This document shows, one piece after another, positions 12,001 to 24,000 of a stretch of 64,000 bases of DNA. Location: positions 68,248 through 132,247 of the forward strand of contig JAHFFE010000004.1 of NCBI GenBank assembly GCA_023248155.1, read 5' to 3'. The notes under the pieces are model-generated. The model saw only the letters and a program-made list of their open reading frames with translations. It searched no databases and was not told the DNA's origin. The translations under genes were made by a program, and so were the position numbers. This DNA is from Candidatus Omnitrophota bacterium (GTDB taxonomy: Bacteria; Omnitrophota; Gorgyraeia; 1-14-0-20-64-10). The stretch's first letter is position 1. Each line of letters begins with the position of its first letter.

Positions 12001-15000
12001 CTGGAAAGCGATTGAAACCGCGCGGCTCAAAGCGGCGCGCAGTGACGTGACCCAAGATGGCGTTACGGATTACCGCGATGTTGAAGCGATCCGCCACATT
12101 GACCGCGAAGAAGTCATCCGGGCCACGGCGTCTGAAATCGCGAAAGCGGACCTGAACCACAACGGCGCGCTGGACGCTGCGGATGTGGCGCAGCTTGAGC
12201 AGACCATGAAGCATATGCATGAGCTGGATCTTGATTTCGACGGCAAGATTGTTTTGGCGGACGAACTGGCGGCTTTTGACAAAGCCAAAGAATTTTACGA
12301 TCTGGGCTTGAGCCTGAGCGCCGAACAGTTTGCGCGGGCGGATATCGATCAGGACGGTTTGATCACGCCGGCGGATCTGCGCATTTATGAAAAACTGACC
12401 CAGCAGTGGGATGCTGCCGGCACGCCGCGCAATGTTTTTGATCTGACCAACGACGGCGTGGTGGATGGCAGCGATGAGCAGCGCATGGTTGATCTTTTGA
12501 TGGCCGAGGGCCTCAAAATCACTGAAGAAGAAAAAGTCCTCGGCGATATCAACCGCGACGGCATAACGGACAGCCGTGATTTGGATCTCTATACGCTGAT
12601 TTATCAAAATGAAAACCGGCTGAATATTGATGGGGTGGCGGGCATCAATGCGCAGGATGTTAATAAAGCCGCCTCGATCCGCAGCTGGCTGGCCGCGCGT
12701 AATGCGCCGGTGCGCGGGCTGACTCGGTTGAAAGATCTTCAAGATGCGGGCGTGGACACCGCCAATCCGGATGCGGTTGCCGCGCATCTCAACCAGCTGA
12801 TTTCAACCACGCAGGCCAAGATTGCCGACGTCAACGGCGATGGTCTGATCGATGAAAAAGATTTGGCCCGCGCCCGCGAAGTCGAGGAAATCGTCAGTTA
12901 CGGTATGGACCGCGGCTTTGCGCTGGACATGCGTTTCGATCTTAACCAGGACGGCAAAGTCGATGACAGTGATCTGGCGGCGCTGATGACCGCCATTTCC
13001 AACCAGATTGTGCATGATGTGAATGCGGACGGCGCGGTCAACCAGACGGATGTGGATCTTTTTGACCGCATGATCCGCTATCAACGCACGGGCTATACGG
13101 TGATGCCGGATGATCTGGAGAATGCCGACATTGACCATAGCGGCGCTTTTGATGCGGGCGATGTGACGAATTTCACAAACGCGCTGCCATTCTACCGCGA
13201 TGTGACCGGCGATAAACGCCTGGATAGTGCGGATCTGCTCGCGGTCCGTAAAGCCAAGGCCTTGCAGGAAGCCGGTTACACGGACCGCTCCTCCGGCGAG
13301 CCGGTTTACCGGCCGCTGACGCTGGATCTGCTGCGCCGTGCGGATCTGACCCGCGATAACGTGATCGACAGCGCGGATAGCGCTTTTCTGGCGCAGGCCA
13401 TTCAAGGCAATCTGGATCTGACCGGTGATTTTGCCGTGACGATCGAGGACCAGCTGCGGCTCGGCCAGTATTCGCCGTGGGGGCTGGGCGTGAAGCAAGT
13501 CGAACGTGCAGACATTGATCAGGACAATCTTATCGGCGCGCGTGATTATGCCGGCCTGCTGGCGGCGCTCGGCGGCATTGACCGCGCGGATGTCACCGGT
13601 GACGGCAAGGTCGATGCCAATGATCTCAAAGATTTACGCCGGCTGGTCGAAGCGGCCAAGCTGAAAGTGACCGGCCGCGATGTGGTGCTGGCGGATGTGA
13701 CCCGGGACCGCAAGGTCGATGTGGCGGACGTGACGAAAGTCATTGAAAGCGTACGGGCTTTGCAGGCCTTTGACATCACCGGCGACCGCATGGTCAATGC
13801 GCTGGATGAACAGGCGCTTTTCTTCCTGTGGGGCGTCGAGCCGCTGGATCTGTTAAACCAAAGCGAAGCCGCTTTGGCTGAGCTGGAAGCGCGTGCGGCC
13901 GCTGCGGTCGACGCCGGGGAAGCCCGCGCCATCGAACGCGCGGCCCAAGGTATTTTTAATCAGGCCCTGACCATGGAAGAAACCGGCAAAGCGATTGCGC
14001 GCATGCTGCTCAGCCCCAGCGAATCGCAACAGATGCTGCAGGAAATTGCGCAGATCATGGCGCGTCTTTCCGGACACCGCAGCGCCATCCAAGCCGTGCT
14101 CGCTGCGCTCACCGGACAAGCAGCGCTGGCCCCCAGCCTCGCAAGCCAGCTGGAAGATGCCCTCAAAGTCCTCAAAGAAACTTTGGTTGAAGCGCGCGCG
14201 GCTGAAAGTTCGGATGCGGTGGATTCATTGGTGCTTTCGGTCGAGCCCGTGATTCAAAATATGCGTACACTGGCCGGGACGCAGGGACAGGTCCAGCCAG
14301 GAACTCAGCCGGACCTGTCCCTGGCTGCCTATCTGGATCAGGGCGAGGCTGTTTTTGCTGAACTCTCCGCGTTGGCGCAGTCCGTGCGGCAGGCGGAAGA
14401 GACGATGGCAGGCCTTGCCGAACAAACCCGCAATGCGCTGGCGCTGGCGGATTGGATGAGCCGGCAGTTTGAAGCCGGGGCAGATACCAGCCCTGCTTTT
14501 GTGTCGCTGCTGGCTTTTGGCCGGAATGCCCTTGCCGAGTCGCAGCGTGCGGCCCAGGCTGCGCGCGCCCGGGCGTCGGGTCTTCTGGCACAGATGCCGG
14601 CGAATACCGCGGCCCTGCAGGCCCAGGAAACTTTGCGGGGCGCCCAGAGCCGTTTGGATCAAGCGCTGGAAACCCTCACGCAAAGTTTGCATGAGGCCCA
14701 GGCTGCCGAGAACGGTGCCATGCCTCTGGTGAAGGAAGCTCAGAGCAAACTCGACCACATGCGGATTTTGGCGGCGCAGTCCGTGACCACGGCCCTCGCA
14801 GGCACGGCCGCAGCGCTCGTGACCCAGCTGGCCCGGTCCAATCTCGGCCGCGAACCGACACCGGATGAAATCAGAGCCGCCGTGGCGGGCCTCGCGGCAG
14901 GAGAAACACTGGAACAGACGGCGGGCCGCTTGCTGGCAATTTCCGATGCGGCCCTGATCAAAGCCGCGCTGGATCCGCTGCGGGATAAAACCTCCCTGGA

Positions 15001-18000
15001 TGAAAGTGCTCTGGGCGCGCGCTACCAGGCCATGACCGCAGGCCTCTGGCCATTGGAAAGTGCGACTCAGTCCGTGATGAATTATTTTGGACCGGCCATG
15101 GATTGGCCGGCCGAATTGGCACGCTTGCAGCGGGGGGCCGACGAAATTCTCGCAGATTTAGAGGCGGCTCTCGCTGAAATGGACCGCTTGCTTTATTTGA
15201 ATCCCGGCCATGCGGAACTGAACGCCAATGCTCTGCTCATGACCGATGTTCTGAATCAGGCGGCCGGCCTGGCTGAAGACCTGCGGGAATTCCCGCAGGT
15301 GCTGACGCCGGAAATCGAAAATTTCAACCTTGCCAAAGCCACGGCCGAAGCCAGCCTCGCGTCTGACGAAAATCTGCAGGTCCATCTGGCCGCTGCCGAG
15401 CTTTTGACCGGACGCATCGACGCCATGACTGAAACTGCGGATAGGGCGCAAGCGCTCCGCTGGCTGGAAACTTTTGAAACCACGGCCGCCGGTCCTGTGC
15501 CTCAGCAGATCAACGCACTTGTGGCGGCCGCCAGAACCAAAGTGGAGAGCGCGCAGCAGGTGGAGGCCGGCATCCGTCTGCTTGAAGCTGCGGCCGAACA
15601 AACAGACGCAACCGCCGAATTTATCCGCGCGCAAGCCGGCACGATGAACCGTGAAATGCTGATCGGCGTCGTGGATCAGCTTCTGGGGCAGTTGGAGGCG
15701 GCCGCGGCACAGGCTTCAGGCGTGATCAGTCAGTATCCGGACACGGCGGCGTTCAGCCGTTTGAGCGGCCGTCCGGAAGCGCTGATGGCCCAGATTAAAG
15801 CCGCTCACGAAGCCATGCTGGCTGAATTATTCCATGAGCGGGTGGTCACAAATCGCGGGGCCGATTCCGTTGAAACCGCCGCGCTTTTGGCCGGTGCTGT
15901 GAACCGGTTGGGCGCAATCGCTGCGGACAATGGAGTGGCAATTCATGAATTGCCACTACGGATGCTTTATACGCTGATAAATAACACACGATCCAAAGTC
16001 GCTGTGCTGGAAAGTGAACTGGCTACGGCCGTCAATGCCGGCGTGGATGCCGGGGCTAATTTGGCCTCAATTCGCGACTACCTGGCCCGTATTGACCAAA
16101 CTGCGGCGGCCTTGAACGCCCGCGCTGCGGCTTTGGGCGCGGATGTGAATGCGCCGCTGACGGCGGCTGACAAGAATACCGCTTTAATTTCGATTCTCAG
16201 CGGACTTGAAACGCAATCCCAGGCTGCGAATGCGACGGCCTTGACCCTCAAACAAATCCAGCAGGCTGTGCGCGAGATCCAGGGACAAGTCCAGTTAGCC
16301 GCTCAAGTGCCGGGGACTCAGGGAGAGGTCCAGTTAGCGGCTCAGATGGACCTGTCCCTGCTCACGGTTAAAAATGCACTGCTGCGTGCCACCGGCGGCG
16401 CGTCTCTGGTGGAAGAAACGGTTTATCTGGCCGCGGCCGGGCGCTTGTCGCTGGTGCTTGCCAACAACACGAATGATTTGACCTTATTGAACCGGCTCGA
16501 AGTCTTTGCCGGTGATTTTGCGGTTCAAGCCGCCGCGGCCCGCGCAAAATTGGCTCAGCTTGCTGCCGCAGACAGCACGGGCGTCTATGGCTTCAGCGCC
16601 AATCTGCCTTCACTCGCCGCGCTCGAAGCCGATACCGGCAAAACCAAGGCGCTTGTGACCGAAAGACTGGCGCATTTGGCCGGACAGCCGCAGGCTTGGT
16701 CCACGGATCCGCTGGTGCGCGCGCTGCATGAAGCCGAAGCCCTGCAAAAAGCCATCATGGTCCAACAGGGACAGGTCCAAACAACTCAACAGGACCTGTC
16801 CCTTAAGACTTCGCTCGCGATCCTGGAAGCGATTGGGGAGGCCGTGACCAGCACGATCGCGGCTTTGACGGAATCCGCCCGTCAGGATGCGGCCGCTTTT
16901 GAAGACCGCCAGCGGCTGCTTGAGAATTACCGCGGTCGTTTTGATTTCTCCGAACAAGCCGCTCTGCTTCAAAGTGAAGAAACCATAGCGGCGGCGGAGC
17001 AGGCGCGTGCAGCCGAGCAAGCCGCATTCGAGCGTCACCTCGCCCTGCTGCAGGACCTTGAAACCCAGGATGAAACCCTGGCCCGGGCTTTGGCGGATAT
17101 GGCGATTGACGATGCTCAAGAATTGCGCGATTTGGGCGCTGAGCCGGATCTTGCGATCGTGGAACGCCTGGAAATGCAGGCTGAATCCGCGGAAGCGCGG
17201 CAGGATTCCGGAGCGCAGATTGAAGAACTGGCCGAGGGCCTCGCCGCCTGGATCGAACGGCTGGAGACCATGACGGCCGGTCTGAATACCAACGAGGAGT
17301 TGGCGGTGCGTGAAGGCTTGCTTGATCTGGCGGATGCCGTTACGGCGCATTGGCAGGAACTGCTGACCGAGCCGTCTGCGGCCGAGGTGCGCCAAAAAGT
17401 CGATGCGCTGCGCAGCGTTGTGACGCAAGACCTGCAGGCGCTTGAGACCACAAAAGGGGCTGCGGATGCGGCCGCCGATTGGCTGAAAGAAAACGGCGCG
17501 CATCTGACCGAACTGGACCGTCTGATTGGCGAGGCCATGGCCGCATTTGAGACTGCTGCGAAGACCACCGGTGTAGGGGCGGGTTCTAAAACCGCCCAGG
17601 ATGCCGCTGCTTCCGCGCGCCGGCTCTATGAAGAACTCGAAACGCTTCAGGATGAATTTATCGCGCTTACAGCCGAAGTCGAAAATGCCTCAGCCTATGA
17701 AGACGACATCAAGGCCATGATGACCGCGCGTGAGGAGTTCCGCGCGGAACTGGACGGCCTGGCGGAAACACAAATCCTGACGCAGATCCAAACCTCGCAG
17801 GGCGCGGATGTCACCCAACTCCTGAATACGATTGAAGCGCAGATGACGGCCAATCTCAATGCCCTGCGCAATCTGGACCCCGAAGAATTCAAAAAATCCA
17901 CGGCCGAACTTTTGGCGGGTCATCCGGAATTGGGCGGCCTCAAACTCGAACTGCCGGATGCCGGAGCCCTGGATGAAAACTCTCAGCCCGACCTCTTGCG

Positions 18001-21000
18001 GGCCTTGCTTGAGGGCGCCCGGACGCCGGCGGCCGGCGGCACGCCGCTGCGCGGTTATTATCTGGGTTATCCGGCCACAGCGACGCTGATGAACCTTGAA
18101 AATCTGATCAGCGTTCTCGCGGCCCAGCAAGGCTCCGGAACCATTTTCGCGGAAACTTGGCTGACGAGCATGCGTGAGCGCATGAACGCCTGGTTCAACC
18201 GCATGTTCGGGATGGAGGCTGAACTTGAACAGTACCGCGTCCGCATGATCGTTGACAATTCCGCTGCGGGCATCGAATGGTCACGCGTACTCGATGGAAA
18301 TATTAGCGCGGTCAATCAGCTGATCAGCGAAGCGTCAGGCGCTGCCTCAGGCGCGGATGCGGTCAATAAACTCCGCCAGGCGGAGCGTATGATCGCGCTG
18401 GTCGATGCCCAGCAGCGAGCCGTGCAGGCGCTCTGGGACGATGTGCGCGCGCGCGGTGAGATGAACAGCATCTGGTATAAGACGCGTACGATTTGGCAAA
18501 GCCTGCCGCCGCTGGATGTTTACGGGAAGTATCTGGACCAAATGGAAATCCTAAACGAGGGCGGTGAAATTTTACCGGGTGAAATCGTCGCCTATGGAAA
18601 ACATGTGAGTGATTTTGCCGCGGAACTGGCGAAAAAAGTCAAAGACCTGAATCTGGCCGCCGACTCGGCGCGCCAGGCCGCGGCCGGCAAACTGATAGGC
18701 TCGCTCAAATCGAGCCTGCAGGCGGACCAGCGCGTGATGGATAGTCTGTTGACGGAGATTCGCGGAACCTCTGATGCCTGGGTGCGCGAGGCGGCCCGGC
18801 GCGAGATCCACACCCTGCTGGAAAAGGCCGGCCAGCGCCTGGCGGATGCCAGCGTGCAGGCCGACGAGTGGCTGGATGCCACGACCTTTACAGTGTGGAC
18901 CCGGTCCATTCTGCGGGAAAACGGCATCGACCCCGATCTGCCCGAAAATCAGAAGATCTTTGAAGAGAAGAGGGCGAATGTGCGCCGGAACGAAAAACTG
19001 AAACTGGATGGCGAGCGCCGCGCGGCGGCTGCCATGTTGAACGGCTTGCGCGTGCTGGCGGAACAAGCCGGGGCCGCAGTCATGGACAGCCTGATTTTTG
19101 AAGGCGGCAGCAAACTGCTGACCGCTGAATTGAGTGAAATCAGAACACTGCTCGGCGTCTTTGCCGCGCGCAGCGAATCTGAGCGCGATGCCGTCAAGAC
19201 CGAGGCCTATCTTGAAACTGCACGCATTCTGCGTGATAAAGCGCTGGTTTTGATGAATAAGGTGCGTGAGCAAGCGGCGGCCGAGGACGCCACGCTGGAA
19301 GACCGCAATGAAGTCGCCAAAGCGGAGGCCCAATGGGATCTGATCAACACTGCCGCCGGCTATCTGGAAAATAACCGTTCAGTTCAAACAACTCAGGCGA
19401 CCGGCGGTGATTCCCTGACGAACGAGGCGCAGCGATTCTTTGAGGCCGGCAATGCTCTTTATGGGGTGCTTGATGATATGCTGGCTCGCCGGCAAGTGCA
19501 GCTGGCGGGGCCCTATGACGATCTCAGTAACGATTCCGCGTTTACCATTTTACTCGCATACGGGGATCAAATCACAGCCGACCTGACGGCCCTGCGGGAT
19601 CGTATTCAGGCCACGAGCGGTATTCTCTCAAACGCGTTTGTGAATACAAACATCTGGCTGCAGCACCTCAGCGGCATCATGGAAAATGCGCGGACCCGCG
19701 CCGCAGCGTTTTTCACCATCGGCGACCCTTCCTCGATCCGGCCCCTGGACGCCATGCGGACACTCAACAGACTGTCCGGCAGTATGACAGCGGTCATCAA
19801 GGAAAGCTTAGAATCGCACGAATTCGCTGCGTACCGGGCGGAGAACTATCGCGCGTTTGAAAGTCTGGCTCAGGGACTGCGCCGGACGCTGGATCAAAAA
19901 TACCAGCAGCTGGATACGATCTACCGGGCGGATCGCACGGCGGCAGCCCTGGCCGAACTGAAAGACGCCGCGCTGGAAGTCTTCAAACCCGCGGCCCGCT
20001 TAAATGAACTGCGCATGGCTTTCGGTGAAATGGCCGAGGTGGCGCTGGCGGATTTAACCCAGGCTAGCGTCGTCGAATTTTTACGGACAGAGATCGAACG
20101 CTCCCTGTCTGCGAATGAAGCGGCCCTTATCACGCGCGCGGCCGAAGAAGTCCAGCAAGGGTTGATCCGCGCCGCGTCCGTCTCGGCCGTGGGCATCGCG
20201 CGAAACCATACGAAGTACGAAGTGGTCTTTAATAATACGACACAGCGGCGCGAACGGACGGTGATCGATTATGCGCTCAGTGCCGGCGGTACAGCTGCCT
20301 TCCGCCAGACGCTGGCGCAGGCCTCAGATTTGCAAAAGCCACTTTCTGAAATGAACGAGCTTGCCATTCTCGAAAAAATCCGCGAAACCAACGGCGTTTT
20401 TGCCACGGACTATGTCAAACGGCAGGCGCAAATGTTTGAACGCTGGCGCCTCAAATTTATTCCGCAGGACAATGCCTTGAGCGTCACGTGGAGTATGCTG
20501 ATTTCGCGTGAACTCGAGGAAGAGTTTAACCGCTATACGAATATTCGCGATACGCTGGGCACTTCGGCCCTGGACGGCTATGCCGATGAGTTCTCTTATC
20601 ATCTCAGCATGCTCAACTGGGCGGGGAGCGTGATTGCACGGGAAGGCACGAATACGTTCAGGAACAAGAGCGTTGAAATCGACGGCACAAACTGGGCGGT
20701 GCGGGTGGATGCAGTCGATGTTCTCGCCAAAGCAGTGGATAAGGAAACTTCGCCGGAAAAACTTGAAATGCTGGTGCCGATGCTCAAGGAACAGCTGGAC
20801 GCGTTGGAAATTTTAAATGGCTCGGGGATGTCTCTTGGGAAAGACAATTACCACATCGGCGAAGCGGCGTATTTTGCCGTGCAATCCTTCAGCTCTGAAG
20901 TTAAGACCCGGGCCTATGACATTTATCTGGAGGCGCTCAAGCGCCTGGAGTTTTTCCGCATGCTGGAATTGGGCGGGGAGCAGTCCGTGGCCGATATCCG

Positions 21001-24000
21001 CGCTCAGGTCTATACCGCCGTCGAGATGCGCCGCAAGGCTCAGGCGTCCAATGATCTGGAACTGCTGATGACGCTTGCCGAGGATGCCCGCAACCGGCGC
21101 AAACAGGCGCAGAAAATTTATAAGTCTATGCTCACGCTGCTTGCAAAAGCCCTGACCGGCGACTTCAAAAATCTCGACAAGGTGCTGCCGGCGTTCAAAA
21201 AACGCGTGACGGCGGCTAAAGAGCTTTTAAACCGGCTGGCCGATGAATGGGCGCTGATTGACGCGGCGCGCATGGAATTGGCGGCCAAGGCGGACCGGGG
21301 CGCGCTCCTCGCCGGAGAAATCACCTCCCTGGCGAGTCAGGCGGCAAAATTGCGCGCTGAAATTCTGGGCCGCGAAGAGGCGGCCGGCGAACCTTCGGGC
21401 GCGGCGGCTTTAAAAGATATTCCGCTTGAGAAAATGGCCAAACTGCTCGGAATCACGGAGGAGGAAGCGGAAAAGGTCGTGGATGTGCTTTCGAATAAAA
21501 CGCTCACGCACCAGAATTCAGCCGCCGTCCTGCAGTCCATGGAGGCAGTGCGCAAAATGTTCGACAGCGGCAAACTACGCCTCGAACGTTTGACGGCGCT
21601 GATTGAAGTGCCCTATGCCGACATTGCCGGCGGAGTCCAGAAGACGGCCGCGGCGATTAACGCCATCATCGACAAGCCGGCCGCAGCCCAGGCAGCGGCG
21701 GATATTTTAGCGCAATTCGGCACGGGCATTTCCGCGGTTCCGGGAAGCGATGCGGCTATTTTAGCAGCCCTGGTGCTGGGCCTGTTGGCCGCCAGCGTGG
21801 AAGAGCCCGCAGCTTCCGCAGCTCTGAAAGCCATAATCCGCGAAGCGGCGGCCAAGGCGGCAGCGGAAGCGGAAATGCTCGGAGGCACCAGCGTCAGTCT
21901 GTCCGCGGCGGCCGCATCCGCCCAGGGTTCAGCGGCGATGGCCACGCGCATTGTGAACCAAATTCAAACCGAAAGCGGTACGGCGAGCGGCAGCGTGACA
22001 ACCGCGGCCGCGTTAGCGGTGCTGGCTGCGGCATATTCCGCTCACACGGCACAGCCGGCGTATTCCGAAACCACGGCGTCTGTGCTAGCCTCGAATATCA
22101 ATGCGTTTACGGCTTACCGGGCATACCTTGAACCGCTGCCTCTCGTGTCGCGGGCCGATGCGGCGGCGACAACAGCGCTCATTGCCGACGGACTCGCGGC
22201 CGGAAGCGACGTCAGCGCGGAGGCCGTCCGCGCGGCGGAAAAAGCTTCGGGCCTGGCGCTCATGCTGACGTCGCTGATGTCGCAGGATCGCGGTATTCCG
22301 GGTTATGCGCCTCAGGCGGCTGCGTCGTCTGCGGCCCTGTCGCTGGCGGCACTGTCCCATGCGATTGTAACATCGGGAGTCACCGGTGCGATTCGCAGTG
22401 CTGCGCTTAATGCAGCGGCCAGCGCCCGGGATTTGGCCGCGCAGGTTGCGGGAATTTCATCGCCGGCTCAGGGTGCCCAGGCGGCACGTGATGCTCAGGC
22501 CATTTCCGCAAATCTTGTCCAGATGTTTGCGGAAAATGAGTTAGCTATGCCGGCGGCCATGCAGAACTTTGTGACGGCAATTGCCGTTGCGGCAGAACTG
22601 GCCGGCGGAGCGGCCGCCGGAACGTTGAATCTGCCGGAGGCCGTCTCTATGGCCTCGGGCCTTGCGGTGACCTTTCTCCGCAATAGTCAAAGCTACCTGC
22701 TTACTGCAAGAACGCGCGAGCAGACGGCGGCGCTGACGGCTCAACTTTCAACCGCTTCATCCTGGAGCTCATCCGCACCGCAGGAAGTCGCCGGCTCGAT
22801 CCATGGATTAGGCGTATCACTTACAGCCGGACAGGCTGCTTCCGATGCGCAGGTCATGGATGCGGTGGTAGCTGCGACGGCTGCTTTTAATCTTTTTGCG
22901 AATGCGATTACGACCGATTTTAACATTCCAGAGGAGATTCGAACTGCGGCGCGGCAGAAAGCTCAGAACCTCGTTTTTTACGCGCAGCACCTGGCGCCGG
23001 CCACGACCGTGGATTGGGCGGTGGCTGAGGCGCTCACCCTGATGCAGAATGATCTTTCGGATCTGCAGGGAATGTTCCTTGCGGCTGGAATTGGGATGCC
23101 TCCGCGGGTATCGGCAGCTATGAATGCGGCGGCCGCGGCGCGGATGCTCAGCAGTTCGCTGGTTCAATCTACGCCGGTATCGATTTCGACACAGGCGTTG
23201 ACGCAGAGTTTGACGACGGCGCTGCTGATACTTCCAAGCACGGCTGCGCCCCAGCCCTTGGAGCAAGGCGCAGCTTCTCAGGGCGCGCTGGCGCTCCAAG
23301 CAGCGAGCCGTCTTGCCGTAAGTCTGACGGCCGAGGCGGATATTACCCGGCTGGGCGATACCAGCGCCTTGAATTCCTCAGCTCTTGCCGCAGGCCTTGC
23401 CGCCGCGGCGTCCGCCGGATCCGCCATGCCGCAAGGCTTGACGTCTCAGGCGGCGCAAATGGCGGCGACCGCCTTGTCCATGATTGCGGCCGCGGCCATG
23501 ATTCCGCAGTCAACGGACGATTTGAAGCAGCAGGCCGCTCTCGCCGCCGCCCAGGCCCAGACGCTCGTCGAAAGATCGGGATCCTCGGAGGCGGTCAGTG
23601 CCGCAGAAATCAAGGAAGTTTCGCTTGCGGCGGCGCAGTTAGCCGATACCGTGAAAGCCTTCATGACTTCGCTCAATCTGACGGTACCGGCCAAAATTGA
23701 CCAGATGACGAATGCGGCTCAGCAAGCGGCCGCACTGGCGGGTGCGATTGAAAAGGGCCGTTCGGGCGCTTCGATCGTCCAGGCTTTTGGAGTCAGCGGC
23801 GCGGGCGTGATTCAATATGCGCTCCACAGCCCCGAAGGCAAGGCTGTTTATGAAGCTTATCGCGATGTGCTAGGCCGTGATCCCAAGGGCGAAGAACTGG
23901 CCGTGGATTTGGCCGACGTGCTGGCCGGCAAACTGACGACCGCCGATTTGAAAGTGCGCCTGCTCGGTTCTGAAGAGTACCGCCAGACCCGTGCCTTGAT

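Larger units (their letters stand above)
13830..23820 (+). other. About 3,300-residue Ala/Gln/Leu/Glu/Thr-rich low-complexity segment, predicted largely alpha-helical or coiled-coil (spacer/stalk region 1)
   Basis: Continuous stretches such as EAALAELEARAAAAVDAGEARAIERAAQG and LAEQTRNALALADWMSRQFEAGADT, with heptad-like spacing of L/A/I. Almost no Pro, Gly, Trp or Cys. From about 21.6 kb it becomes extreme Ala/Ser/Thr-rich (AAAASAQGSAAMA, TAAALAVLAAAYSAHTAQPAYSETTASVLASN). Confidence 0.6.

Noticed and set aside
8310-13830. RTX (GGxGxDxUx nonapeptide) repeats as the identity of the D-x-D-x-D-G loops
   Set aside because: The repeats lack the GGxG glycine pair and the 9-residue periodicity. They have a 12-residue EF-hand/dockerin-type loop followed by a helix (D-V-N-x-D-G-x-V-D-x-x-D-x-x-x-L).
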